This document shows, one piece after another, positions 23,725 to 35,203 of a stretch of DNA of 64,000 nucleotides (position 1 is the first letter of the stretch; the number at the start of each line of letters is the position of its first letter). This stretch comes from Basidiobolus meristosporus CBS 931.73. Taxonomy: Eukaryota > Fungi > Basidiobolomycota. The stretch covers positions 124,001 to 188,000 of the forward strand of contig MCFE01000007.1 in assembly GCA_002104905.1 (NCBI GenBank), written 5' to 3'. The position numbers and the translations under genes were made by a program. Below the pieces are notes generated by a model that was not told the origin of the DNA, ran no database searches, and saw only the letters and a list, made by a program, of their open reading frames with translations.

Positions 23725-24855
23725 TACTGTAAACTGGCAGCTACCCCAATGGAGACAGACTTTAACTTGGTCAAAACTCAACCAAATCAAGAAAACATGG
23801 TGCCATTTGAAAGCCCTGACTTTGCTTATCAATCTAAGATTAGCAGTCTGATGTATATCATGCTTGGAACATATCCAGATATCTCATCTCCAGTGAGAGC
23901 TGTCAGTAAGCACAATTGGAGCAATGGGTCTGATCATATTGCAGCAGTTAAGTGGATTTTTAGATTCCAAAATGGAACTGCTGATATCTACTTAAGGTAC
24001 ACCATAAGAGCTCAGAGCAAATCTTGTGGATACTCTGATGCTGATTGGGGACAAAACTTAGAAGAGAGAAGATCCACAACCAAACACACCTTTCTTTACT
24101 GTAAAGGAGCAATTTCATGGAACTCTAGAGAGCAATCATGTGTAGCACTTTCTATCACAGTGGCAGAGTAAATGGCAGCCTGTGAAGCTGCAAAGGAAGC
24201 AATATGGCTACGAAAGCTTTTTACAGACTTAGCCCTATGTCAAAAAATGCCTGTTACTCTATTTCAACATAATCAAGCATGTATACAATTAGGTAGAAAT
24301 CCAACTTTTCATGCTAGAACTAGGCACATAGATTTGAGACATCATTTCATATGTGATGCTATAGAGAATAACTTTGTTAGCTTAGCATACTGTCCTTCAG
24401 ATGAAATGATTGCAGACATATTTACCAAACCATTAGCTAGAGACAAGTTTCAATATCTTAGATTAAAATTAGGACTAGTCAGTATGAGCATTTAGCTGAG
24501 TGGGAGTGTTGTAAAGATTCATAATTCCACCTAAATATTCACCTAACTTAGTCACTTAGATCATTACCTTCATATCCTAGAGAATACTGGCCAAATTTCT
24601 TGTTGGGATTTACTTTGAGAATTTCCATGTTCTGGGTACCTAGTATTTTAGTGAAAATATTCTAAGTTGTCCAAACAGCCCCAAACTTTGCACACATGCT
24701 CTTGAGACCTTCCAGAGCCTATTCTATGTATCTGTTATGCAAGACCATGTAAAAGTATAAATACTGCTTTTACATTTAATAAATCATTAAGTGAAAACCA
24801 CATAATCTACTGGTCCTCCCAAGTCACTTCCAATATCTCCAAGACTTTTTCAACA
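23725..24855 (+). mobile_element. 3' remnant of a same-family Copia in the opposite orientation (RT end, RNase H, PPT, 3' LTR)
   Basis: CKLAATPME...GYSDADWG...RRSTT...SITVAEMAAC...RTRHIDLRHHF...ADIFTKPL; PPT GAGTGGGAG at 24498-24506; LTR at 24507-24855 (TGTTG...CAACA). Confidence 0.92.
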
Positions 24856-24954
24856 TCAAGTACATATGTGCAAGGTTTAGGGCTGTCCAAACACTTTGAG
24901 ATCTCTGATGCTCTGGGTACCTGATGTTTGGTGAAAATATTTGAAGCAAATCCT

Positions 24955-25286
24955 TGCTGTAAGAGTCTTGGAGATATTGGAAGTGATTGGGAGAACAAGT
25001 AGATTATGTGGTTTTCACCTAATGATTTATTGAATGTAAAAGTAGTATTTATACTTCTACATGATCTTGACATTACAAACACGTAGAATAGGTTAAGGAA
25101 GGTCCCAAAAACATGTGTGCAGAGTTTGGGGCTGTTTGGACAACTTTGAGAATTTTCATGTTCTGGGTAAATATTCTAAGTAAATCCCGACAAGGAATTT
25201 GGTCAGTATTCTCTAGGATTTGAAGGTAATGATCTAAGTGACTAAGTTAGGTGAATATTTAGGTGGAATTCCGAATTTTTACAACA
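24955..25286 (-). mobile_element. Copia solo LTR with a perfect 5-bp TSD
   Basis: Reverse complement of the LTR at 24507-24855. ATCCT on both sides (24950-24954, 25287-25291). Inserted into an older degenerate LTR (~24861-24954 and ~25292-25383). Confidence 0.9.
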
Positions 25287-26177
25287 ATCCTGACAAGTAT
25301 TTGGGCAGGATTCTCAGGAATTTGTAGACAATGATCTAGGTGACCAAGTTGGGTGAATATTTAGGTGTAATTACAGAGTTTACTCTAAGAACCACATGAT
25401 GACCTGTTATTCCAGTCAATTCTAATATCTCCATGACTCTTATAACAGTTTCAACTTCAGTGCAATATTTGGGAAATCTGTGCTAGAGCCTTCCACCACC
25501 TTCTGATATATGCCTGAATATTTCTTACACATTGTGAATAGTTAGCCCACACTTGCCAAGTCAGAGAACTAGTTGTATTTTGGCAGCTATGTAAGTTTTA
25601 GAAACTGAAAAGAAGCCCCAGATATATGCTTGAAGTATGCCTATGCAGATCAGAAAAGGATCTAGTTGGATACTTTGGAATAGATCTACAGCCAAATACA
25701 ATGGAGAGAATATCCACCGCATGATGTAGCTTCATTACTCCGTATAAAAAAAACTCACAAGGGCCAGCACAATACCAACAGAAATTACAGTTTCCTTGAA
25801 TATTTAGGTGTAAATACAAAATTTACAAGAACTACTACTACTAGTTTCAAATAGATTGCCGCAAGTGCAGAATACATTGGACTATAGGCCCTGATTTCTT
25901 ATCCAGAGCAAACCCTGAAGTAAGTGATATAGCCCAAGGCTAATCACTGGTCATAAAGCTCAATTTGGTTCCATTAGGCCTGACATATCATTGAGAGAGT
26001 ACAGTGAGAATTTCTTGTGGAATCAGTACATTCAGCACAATTGGAAGCGTGCTCTGTTTTTATCCCGCCACAAATTACAATCTACCCATCGGTCATAAAC
26101 GAGCCATCGCTATAATAAAAAAAGTCGGCAAGTCTGATTCGATGGAATACAACGATGCTGTGGTAGTGGACTGGGCT

Positions 26178-27268
26178 TTATATAGAGTCGTTTCCATCCC
26201 CCATCGAAATTTCTGGAAATCATGGGGGCACGAAGCTATCAATACCAATGGCCAAGGTAAAAAAAATCAACCTCTCGAGTATTTATGGACGAATCCGTTT
26301 CTTTGCTGATTTTATATATATGCGCAATGTCTTCACCAGTGATGAATAAATGCAGTAAAGATTGGTACTCATTGATCGACAAGAGGAAATTAAATATATA
26401 TTACTACGAGCTGCTAACACCTTAGTGTTGGCTCCTTCAAAAGTGTCTGCCAACCATTCGGTAACCCCTGAACCCAAACAAACTTAAATATTAAACCACC
26501 TTTCAGAAGACTGCATGCCACTTACGATAAACTCTCCGGTGGAAGAAATGCTTACGTGGGTTATGTGCAAAAGGTTGTGAGGTGCAGATATCTCCCTACG
26601 CTTTAGAAATGGTCAAGCTCAGTTGTCTCCTGATCTCAACCAGTAACGGTTACCTTTTTCGCTTGGTTGCTCTCTGCCTTAGCTGGCAATTGTGAGGATT
26701 TAGTGCTCTTGCTTGAAGCTATGGTCGGCCTTGTTGGAACTCTCATGATGGCCTCCACATCGTCACTAGGCAAGTGCTCAGTGTACGTGTTTGAATAACA
26801 CTACGGAGTAGACATATTAGAAGCAAGTTCTCAGAGAAAACCAAGGCTCACTAGCATACATTGAATTCACCAGTTTTGGAGTCGATGCCAGCATGACCGA
26901 AGTGGACGAAATCGCACGGAGCTGAAATAACGATTTTTTTGGTAGTTTTTGTCGGTGGGCCCCTGAAGTAGCCTATAGTAGATGTGAGTGGCTTGCTCGA
27001 ACCAGTATCCGTGCGAGAAGACGAGGTTGAATACCTGTGACTGATTTCAGTAGAGTGGTAAAAGATTTTCGAAGAGCACTGGACTTGTTATTCACGCACG
27101 CATTTTCGGAACAAAGGTCGATGTTACTAGGGATATGGAGGGGACCCAGCACTGGTGGATCATCGATACGACTGATAGTCTTGGAAACGAAGCCTTGGAA
27201 TGAAACCGAGTTAGAACCAGGCGGAGGCTGTTCCATTAAAGTGACGGGTTACCTTTATCGGACAACAT
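26178..27268 (-). CDS. Spliced CRIB/PBD-domain (Cdc42/Rac-binding) gene, possibly a degenerate PAK-like kinase; 3' end uncertain
   Basis: Exons 27253-27268, 27035-27193, 26860-26972, 26654-26800, 26526-26595 and 26421-26467 are joined in frame by GT-AG introns of 59, 62, 59, 58 and 58 nt. Translation includes KIVISAPCDFVHFGHAGIDSKTGEFN, a CRIB consensus match. Exons beyond 26421 are tentative. Confidence 0.75.
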
Positions 27269-30233
27269 GAGGGAACAATGAAGAAGAGTAGATGAATGTG
27301 CTTGTATCTAGATGTGGTGTGAAAACAGGAATGATGGTAGAAGTAATAGATGCAAAATTCGGTTTTCAACAGGGCACCACCGAGTGTTTAATACAATATA
27401 TGGAAGTTGCGCAGCAAGTTTGAAACCAGAGTGTTAATGAAAATGTAAGAAATGTGACCGGCTATTAGCATTGATTGTATGTTTAATGAACTCATCAAGT
27501 GCTATGTATTACTTGCCGGGTGCTATGAATTCTATTGCACGCATTATTAAATTGCAACACAGGGACTTCCCTATTAGGAAAGACACCCCATCCAAGGAAG
27601 CCGTATCCAGCCTCGCAAATTGAAAGTAATACTGGCCTGAATGAGACTAACAAGTAGATTTCAACAAGGAGCATGTGCATTTGAATAATTGGACCTGTGA
27701 GACTTGGAAGGGGAAACAATCTTCCATTAATGCTCTCAACCACAGCCTGAAACCTAACATTTATGTGAGCAGAAATGCTTAGAAGACATCTTTTGGCTAC
27801 ATGGCTTATATGGTCATCAGTTTCCAAATGTTGCCTCGGAATAAATCTTGTTGATCTGGGACTTAGTTAAACCAAGCCGTAATCACAATCTGTCTCCGTT
27901 GAAGCGAGCTGAAGAGATGAATGGCCAGATCTAATAATGTATGCTTCAATGGCTCATATCACCCTAAGCCTACCATGAGAGCTACCTCAGGCTTGGCCTA
28001 TCCTGCGGACTAAGATGGTTGATTTAGGGGATTGGGACGGACAAATGAAATCAGCGGCGGGATTGCGCATATATACATATGAGCAATGTCTTTATGTATA
28101 TCTGGATTGACTGATGCCGGTTAATTGCAGTGAGAATTACTCGCTTCAGTAGCCCCTTGCGATCATGCCAGACTCTGCTGGTGGCTGGTGTTACGAACCC
28201 TATTAACACCGTCCAAACCCTTCCTGTTCACATATAAGATAAATTGAAACTGGCTTCTTGAATGATATAGAAAAAGGGCATTCCTGGATTGCCTTCCTAA
28301 TTACAATCCAGTTGGGAGAACGGGAGACTTGTCTTGTCACACGCTGCATACAATGGTCTGAGGACCAATTGTTAACGGCTCCAGCAATTTTTCTGTTCCG
28401 AGAATGCCAATGGACTTGGCCAATAGTGGGAGAGACGAAACAGAGAAGGAATGCCTAACGATATATAATTGCCTTAAAATCACCAATCAATCCGCCTTAT
28501 AATCTACTATTCCCCCAGGTTCGGTCATAGTGTGTCCAGTCAGACCAGTTGGCTGACCTGAACAGACTGTTAGATATATACTGCCATCTCCTTCGCATGT
28601 ATCTTTCCTGCCAGTGCAGCACTTTGGAAGATGCTTTCTGCACCTTCATCAACCACCATAGGCAGGTAAATATGTATTTTGAATAAATCCGCAACGAATT
28701 GCCTGTGCTGGATCACGTCCACCAAGCATATTTGTATCTACGTGTGTAGAAAAGACTGCACTATTGAGAGGTCGTTGCAATATTTATGGATATGCAATGG
28801 TAGTCCTCGCGGTCGACGAATAAATCCCTAATCTATGCACCTGGACAACTGGAGCAATTTTGCTCACCTGATTTTCCAAGCATTTCGAAAATTTGTGTAT
28901 GTTTCCAGACCAATTACGTAAGTGGATGCTCATTTCGTGACTACGTGATAATCTCGATCCTCATCTATTTATGGTCAACCTGACATAAACATCGTTAAGA
29001 CATCACACTGGTCAACGTGGTTCATTCTCTTAGGATGCCCCGTTGCTGATCTCAAGTGCACATTCACATGGAATTCCTCACTTCTCCAGGAGCATTCTGC
29101 CCTCAGATGCTGTGGGATAAATATCTATTTTTAAGCTTAGCTATAGTTCGGATATCCCTTAGGTGAAGGGCGTACAGATGAAAACACTGATAATAGCCAC
29201 CGGCCCCGCTACCAGCCTTGCTGGGAGAATGCACAGATCGCAACATCTCATGAGGGCGGACTACGCACTTGCAACATCCCAAACGATACTATCTATTCTC
29301 GGATTCTGACCTGCTTATTGGCTACACAATCGAAAGATATCTATGAGTTGTGATCATTACCAGCTTTGATGAATGAATAGAAAATTGCCAACATACCACT
29401 GCAACATAATGTCTGATAATTACCATGCCAACTGGTAGTGACCTGACGGATATGCTTCACGGGGATTTTCATATACTGTCTTATTCTAACTTGGAATCCA
29501 CTCGATAGGAAGTGAGCGCATCCAACTAGGCGGGTTCGGTCCGCAAGTGTGGCAGGTGGGTTCTCAAGAGAAGAGTAAGCACCTCAATTCCTCCCCCTGT
29601 TTGATTCCAGGGTGTGGCCCCATATCGATGCAGAAAAAATAAATGGTTGATGTATTACAGGACTCGCAACGTGTTAATTTTCTTAAGGTTGTTCAATGAG
29701 ACACTAAATATGGTCATCCATATGGAATAGGGTGTATTACTCGAATCTCAGGCCATAGGCACAATGATGGATTGAGGCAGATGTATGTGTCCTTTATCAA
29801 TTGCCACGTTAGTCCAGTGATATGGTGCTACGATGATGCTAGGAGCTACTTTCAACCCTAGGATAATGTAATTTTATTAGGACGAATCGGACGATTCTGG
29901 TCTTCTGCTTTGGAACCCGATGTCACAGAAGTTAAACCTTTTTTATGGATATTATCCAAATGCATTCATGTACACCTATGCTGGTTTATTGGTAATATAT
30001 CCAGAAATTCACTCAATTGCTTGGATTAAATTACCATCTGCTTATACTTATCAGTCTGCCATATGGGCTATGCTTACCCACCCTTTGAACCCAATGGCTG
30101 ATCCCCAAATCTACGTCCCTTTCAAATAAATACCAACTCCATTTTTGTACCATTTGGCCACTTCCCTTTCGCTTCCGATATACGCTTTTAATTGTAGATT
30201 GCCATTTCCTTAATTTCCCCCTCCTACGCAACC

Positions 30234-31580
30234 ATGGTAAACGAACGCTTTCTCCAACACCTACAAAGCCAGGCCACCCAAATAAAACAACTGAGACCGT
30301 TCAGCAGCGGGGACATTAAGATCCTTCTGCTTGAAAACATCAACATCACTGCAGTGGATATGCTGACCAAGCAAGGGTATCAGGTAAGATCATGAGCGGT
30401 TTGGATGCTAGGCCTTTTCTAACGCTTTTTCTCAAAGGTCGAGCACTGCTCCAAAGCCTTGCCCGAAGAGCTGTTGATCGAGAAGATTCGTGATGTCAGT
30501 GCCATCGGAATCAGAAGCAAAACCAAACTTAGCGCCAAGGTTTTGAAAGAGGCAAAGAAGCTCCTGGTCGTTGGCTGCTTCTGTATCGGCACCAACCAAG
30601 TCGACCTTGAAGCTGCTACCAAACAAGGAATCGCTGTATTCAACTCGCCGTTCAGTAACAGCCGGAGTGTTGCCGAAATGGTGATTGGCAATATCATTGG
30701 CTTGTCGAGACAGTTTGGTGACCGCAATAGAGAAATGCACCAAGGGGTCTGGAACAAAGTCTCGGCTGGGTGCCATGAGATCAGGGGAAAGACGCTCGGG
30801 ATTGTCGGATACGGCCATATTGGGTCCCAGCTGAGTGTGTTGGCAGAAGCTATGGGCATGTCGGTCTACTTTCACGATATACTACAACTGATGCCACTGG
30901 GGACTGCTAAGACGTGCAACACTCTTGACGAATTGCTCCATACATCCGATTTCGTTACACTACACGTTCCAGAAACCCCGGAGACCAAAAACCTGATTGG
31001 TAAGGCGCAAATCAAATTGATGCGCAAAGGCTCCTACCTGATTAACGCTAGTCGCGGGTGTGTTGTTGACATTCCCGAGTTGGCCACCGCCTTGAAATCA
31101 GGGCATTTGTCTGGCGCAGCCATTGATGTCTACCCTCAGGAACCGCGCGCAAATGGTGATCAATTCATCAGCGAACTTCAAGGCTGCCCCAATACCATTC
31201 TCACGCCTCATATCGGCGGCTCAACAGAAGAAGCACAGTCGATGATTGGCGTTGAGGTCGCGGGCTCAATGATCAAATACATCAACAGTGGAACTAGCAC
31301 AGGCGCCGTCAATTCCCCTCAGGTTGATCTTTGCGCCATCAGTGCGAATGAGGCCAAAATCCTCCGGATCATACATGCTTATCACAACGTTCCTGGTGTG
31401 CTGCAAGAAATTAACAACATCCTGGCGAAACACAATGTAGAAAAGCAGATTTGCGACTCCACTGCGGATATTGCCTACTTGATGGCCGATCGGAAAATGA
31501 ATGAAGGTGAAGATTCAAATCAGCTTTACCAGAAAATGGGTTCTACTCCGGCAGCCATCATGACGAGTGTTTTATATTGA
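30234..31580 (+). CDS. SER3: D-3-phosphoglycerate dehydrogenase with C-terminal ACT domain (2 exons: 30234-30383, 30438-31580)
   Basis: KILLLENI, CFCIGTNQVDL, NSPFSNSRSVAE, GIVGYGHIG, LINASRG and TPHIGGSTEEAQ motifs; the 54-nt intron is in frame. Confidence 0.96.
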
Positions 31581-32203
31581 CCGCAACTATCTTTTCCGCA
31601 GCCTTTATCGATCTCTCTCCCAGCTTGATAGATCCCTGGCTTTAATATTGTATTATTATAATGATCGGCATAACCGCTTTGATCGCAACCGTTTGGTTCC
31701 TGAGGCATCACACATCCAGGGTTCGTCACTCGTATCATCTATTATAGAATCAAGCATATGCTATGAAACATTACACAAGGACCGTCCGCATACTTATTCT
31801 ATTGTACTCTACTACTCAGCCTGCTTATAATTTATCGGTACTTGTTCGAACTATATTGATAGCAATGAGACACGATATCACCATGATGAAATAAATACGA
31901 CATTTAATGCAGTCCTACGTTCATGCATCTCCTCAGAGATACACTAGAAGCCAGCGTCAACATTACTATAATTCATGCTGGTGCTGGGATGAAACCTAGC
32001 GTTGTGATGAACGCTGAATAAGCCCCATGTAGTCGTATTCATTCCATCCCAGAATTGTCATTGTATGGCGCTTGAAATGCGTTCTAGTTGGTTACTTGTT
32101 CATTTATTCTATCGTGTTATTTACATTGTAGATCAAGCAACGCTTGAATGATAATGTAGGAGTATAGTTAACATACGTGAGATATATGTACATGGAGTGT
32201 GGG

Positions 32204-32854
32204 TCAAGACATAGTAAGGCGAATATCTCTGTCGCAAGTTTGACAGAAATACTTGACTCTCGAGAGCTTTGCTGGAATGTCACATTCAAGTTTGCCAGTT
32301 ACCTGAACTCGACGGGGACGAAATAGCTTATGTACCGCAATGGCCAATTTCTTGAGTAGGGGCGATTTTACTTTGGCGTATACCGTCACGCTTGTTTGGC
32401 AAAATGGGCAAAATGCAACTGTTGGTGTGTGACTTGGCAAGGCAATGATCTCATACTCAGTGGGTCGACGTTCGCGCTCAATGACCTCATATGGGAGTCT
32501 GTTATCCCCACCGGCCAAAATGTATGGAGGGGGCGACTCGATCTGTGAATTCAAGCTGCTCGATTGATCAGTCGATGAGTATTCAGCGATCCAATGGGAT
32601 GTCGAGTCCTCAGTGTCCTCTATCTCAAGAAATGAGGAAAGGCTTTTACGTGAATAAAATTGTCTTTTGTTTACTTGGGTGGAGATGGATGAGGAGAGTT
32701 CAGGGTGGGTTTCTTCCTCTAGATCGGCATAAAGGATACCGCTAACGCCAGAGGCTACTTTGTAAGAGGAGGTTTCTTGTGCTTGTTCCTGAGAGTAGTG
32801 AAACATTTTGACTTTGGATATGTTGGAAGGGACTTGGCCTTGGATTTGACACAT
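32204..32854 (-). CDS. LITAF-like zinc-binding protein with a PPPY motif
   Basis: SPPPY motif followed by CPFC...(~50 aa)...FCQTC at the C-terminus, after an acidic Ser-rich N-terminus. Confidence 0.65.
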   Translation of the reverse strand: MCQIQGQVPSNISKVKMFHYSQEQAQETSSYKVASGVSGILYADLEEETHPELSSSISTQVNKRQFYSRKSLSSFLEIEDTEDSTSHWIAEYSSTDQSSSLNSQIESPPPYILAGGDNRLPYEVIERERRPTEYEIIALPSHTPTVAFCPFCQTSVTVYAKVKSPLLKKLAIAVHKLFRPRRVQVTGKLECDIPAKLSRVKYFCQTCDRDIRLTMS

Positions 32855-33388
32855 GCAATCCTTATATACATCCTGTCACTACAAGTCTACGAATAGAAAT
32901 CGACTGAATCCTTCGCAGAAAACGTGGCGCAAAGTCCAGATCGTTTCGGATGAGATTCTACGTAGAAAGCAGTAGTGGGTGGTGATTGGTTCCGTATAGT
33001 GTAAAAATGGATTAAGCCCATCATTTCATTGAAGAAAATTCCATTTTAAGTAGTTCTGACATATTAAAAGTAGTCCATCCAAACTCAACACTAGCTTTAA
33101 TTTGAATGGAGCTAATATCATGGGACTTGAAATTTACTCCGATTGACCAGTCTTCCCCTTTAGGAAACTCGTTACCTTACAATAGCATCTCCAGGGTACC
33201 AAAACGGGAGTTCCTTTTCTATGGGTGTAGGTCATCATAGTACTGATTCTAATTTGCCGCATATATATTTGGGTACGAGGACTAAAATTGGGGATGAATT
33301 TAATTACTTTTTATTCAAATAACATTGAATTCGATGCTTCCCGGAGAATCACATGCACTTCGCACATCATGGATTTTGAAGAATAAGG

Positions 33389-35203
33389 CTAACTCGCTCC
33401 ACATATTAAGCTTACCAAGCCGTTTACCAAGGAGAGTCTGGACTCAAATAATGGAAGCATTCCATTCCCAAATGTATGAAGAGAGTCATGGTAATTTGGC
33501 GCCCACATGCGCTCGCTCATCGCCGCGAGTCTACCTTCCAAGCCTTTGATCTCATCTTGCACTTTGGCTTCCCAGACTACGATGCTAGCTCCATATACTT
33601 GGGGCTTTCTAGGGTTCCATGATCTGGTGCCTTTAGGGACGGTCACCCATTTGGTCTTCTTTCCTGCCACTGGGATTCCGCCAAATTCCTGACTGCCTTG
33701 CCATTTCAAGATATCCCGAACCGATGACCCATTGGCGCCAACCATGTATAGCGGTGACCAAGCTCCGTTGATTACGCTATACCCATCTCGAATCAGATGA
33801 TCAGGTCGATAATCCTGCATCGACCAAGTCATGACCACAATATCTTTAGGCGGAGTGGGGGTTGAGGTTTGCGAAAACGATTCCCACACAATGGATCTAC
33901 GGGTAGGCTGATAAAAGTTTGGGTCGATTGGACCCACACCAGGTAAAACCGGGGGCGTATACCACGAGGTGATATTCAACCCTTTGACTTTGTCGTTCAT
34001 GAGCTTCATGAAGTCCCATAGTAGTTCTTTATCCGAGGAGATGTGCTTTTTTTTAGCAATGGCGTTCTTAAATGAGGGGTCCTCGTCCGCCCTAGAAACA
34101 TCTACTTCATCAAATCCCACATGAATGTACGGGGAGTACGGGAACAATCTGGCTACATGCTGCAGCATTGGCTGTACGACGCTGTTGGTTACCGTCTCGT
34201 TGGCAAAATTCAATAAAGAGGTGATTCGTGTCTTGCCATCTGAATGAAAGGTTCCCAAGAGTTCGGGAGAGGTGCGAATTAAGGCTTCCGAATGTCCGGG
34301 AATATCTAATTCCGGCACTAGAACAACCCCACGTAAGAATGCGTATAGATTCAACTCTTTAAGTTCATTGATGGTGTATGCTCGTTTGCCGTGTTTGTTA
34401 TACTTGGGCTTTCCAATCTCCGATAGGTTGACTCCATCAACATAGTATTTGGATGTGGGTGGAGGTAACATGAAGTTTTCGTTGTCAGTCAGATGCAGAT
34501 GGAGGTAACGAAGTTTGTACAAACTACACAAATCGATGACTGATTGGAGCTGCTTGATCGGATGGTACTGTCTTGCCACATCCAGCATCAACCCTCGGTA
34601 TTCATCTGGAGTTGAGGGCCAATCCTCAAGTGCAACACTGGGCCAAACGAACTTCTTTGAGCGTTTCTCTGTTAGCTGGATCAGGGTACTGACTGCATAT
34701 GCGGCCCCTTCTGGATCCTGCGCCTCTATAACCACTTTGCGATGGGAAGCATCGATTTTAACCCTATAGCGGCCATTCATGGTGGCATTTCCGAATACAT
34801 GGAGGTTGAACTTGATTTCCACCAGACCTGCTGTTGAAGTTTTCCCCTTAGAGATACCATTCTTGACGGAGATGTTGCTCTGTTTAATTTTCAACGTAGA
34901 AGAAAGCCAGTTTTTCAGGACGAGCGCATTTCCCAGAAACCAATTTGTGTCAGAGCTGATCACTATGCCAACCTTGTCCATGGCAATAGAGGTACGGTTG
35001 TCATATTTTGATACCTTTTTCGGGGCTGGTATCACGTGAAGTTGATGGTTTGACTTCACAACAGCACTGCTGGGCACTGGAGACGATGTAGCCTCGTAAG
35101 GAGTGAACTCAGGTATGTCATTAGTGGGATGAATCTCTCGCTCCCCTAGAAAATCCCGCAAGGCCCTTTTGAAGAGTGTACCAGTTTTTTGCAGAATAGA
35201 CAT
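33389..35203 (-). CDS. Glycoside hydrolase family 20 beta-N-acetylhexosaminidase, intronless
   Basis: YRGLMLDVARQYH, LHLHLTD, VPELDIPGHS, catalytic HVGFDE and C-terminal RLAAMSERMW; a GH20b-like domain precedes the catalytic domain. Confidence 0.93.
   Translation of the reverse strand: MSILQKTGTLFKRALRDFLGEREIHPTNDIPEFTPYEATSSPVPSSAVVKSNHQLHVIPAPKKVSKYDNRTSIAMDKVGIVISSDTNWFLGNALVLKNWLSSTLKIKQSNISVKNGISKGKTSTAGLVEIKFNLHVFGNATMNGRYRVKIDASHRKVVIEAQDPEGAAYAVSTLIQLTEKRSKKFVWPSVALEDWPSTPDEYRGLMLDVARQYHPIKQLQSVIDLCSLYKLRYLHLHLTDNENFMLPPPTSKYYVDGVNLSEIGKPKYNKHGKRAYTINELKELNLYAFLRGVVLVPELDIPGHSEALIRTSPELLGTFHSDGKTRITSLLNFANETVTNSVVQPMLQHVARLFPYSPYIHVGFDEVDVSRADEDPSFKNAIAKKKHISSDKELLWDFMKLMNDKVKGLNITSWYTPPVLPGVGPIDPNFYQPTRRSIVWESFSQTSTPTPPKDIVVMTWSMQDYRPDHLIRDGYSVINGAWSPLYMVGANGSSVRDILKWQGSQEFGGIPVAGKKTKWVTVPKGTRSWNPRKPQVYGASIVVWEAKVQDEIKGLEGRLAAMSERMWAPNYHDSLHTFGNGMLPLFESRLSLVNGLVSLICGAS

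Noticed and set aside
27495-28694. Short minus-strand ORFs and possible exon fragments upstream of the CRIB gene, plus an 11-bp inverted repeat near 28072-28097
   Set aside because: No consistent spliced frame or recognisable motif, and the short palindrome is expected by chance.
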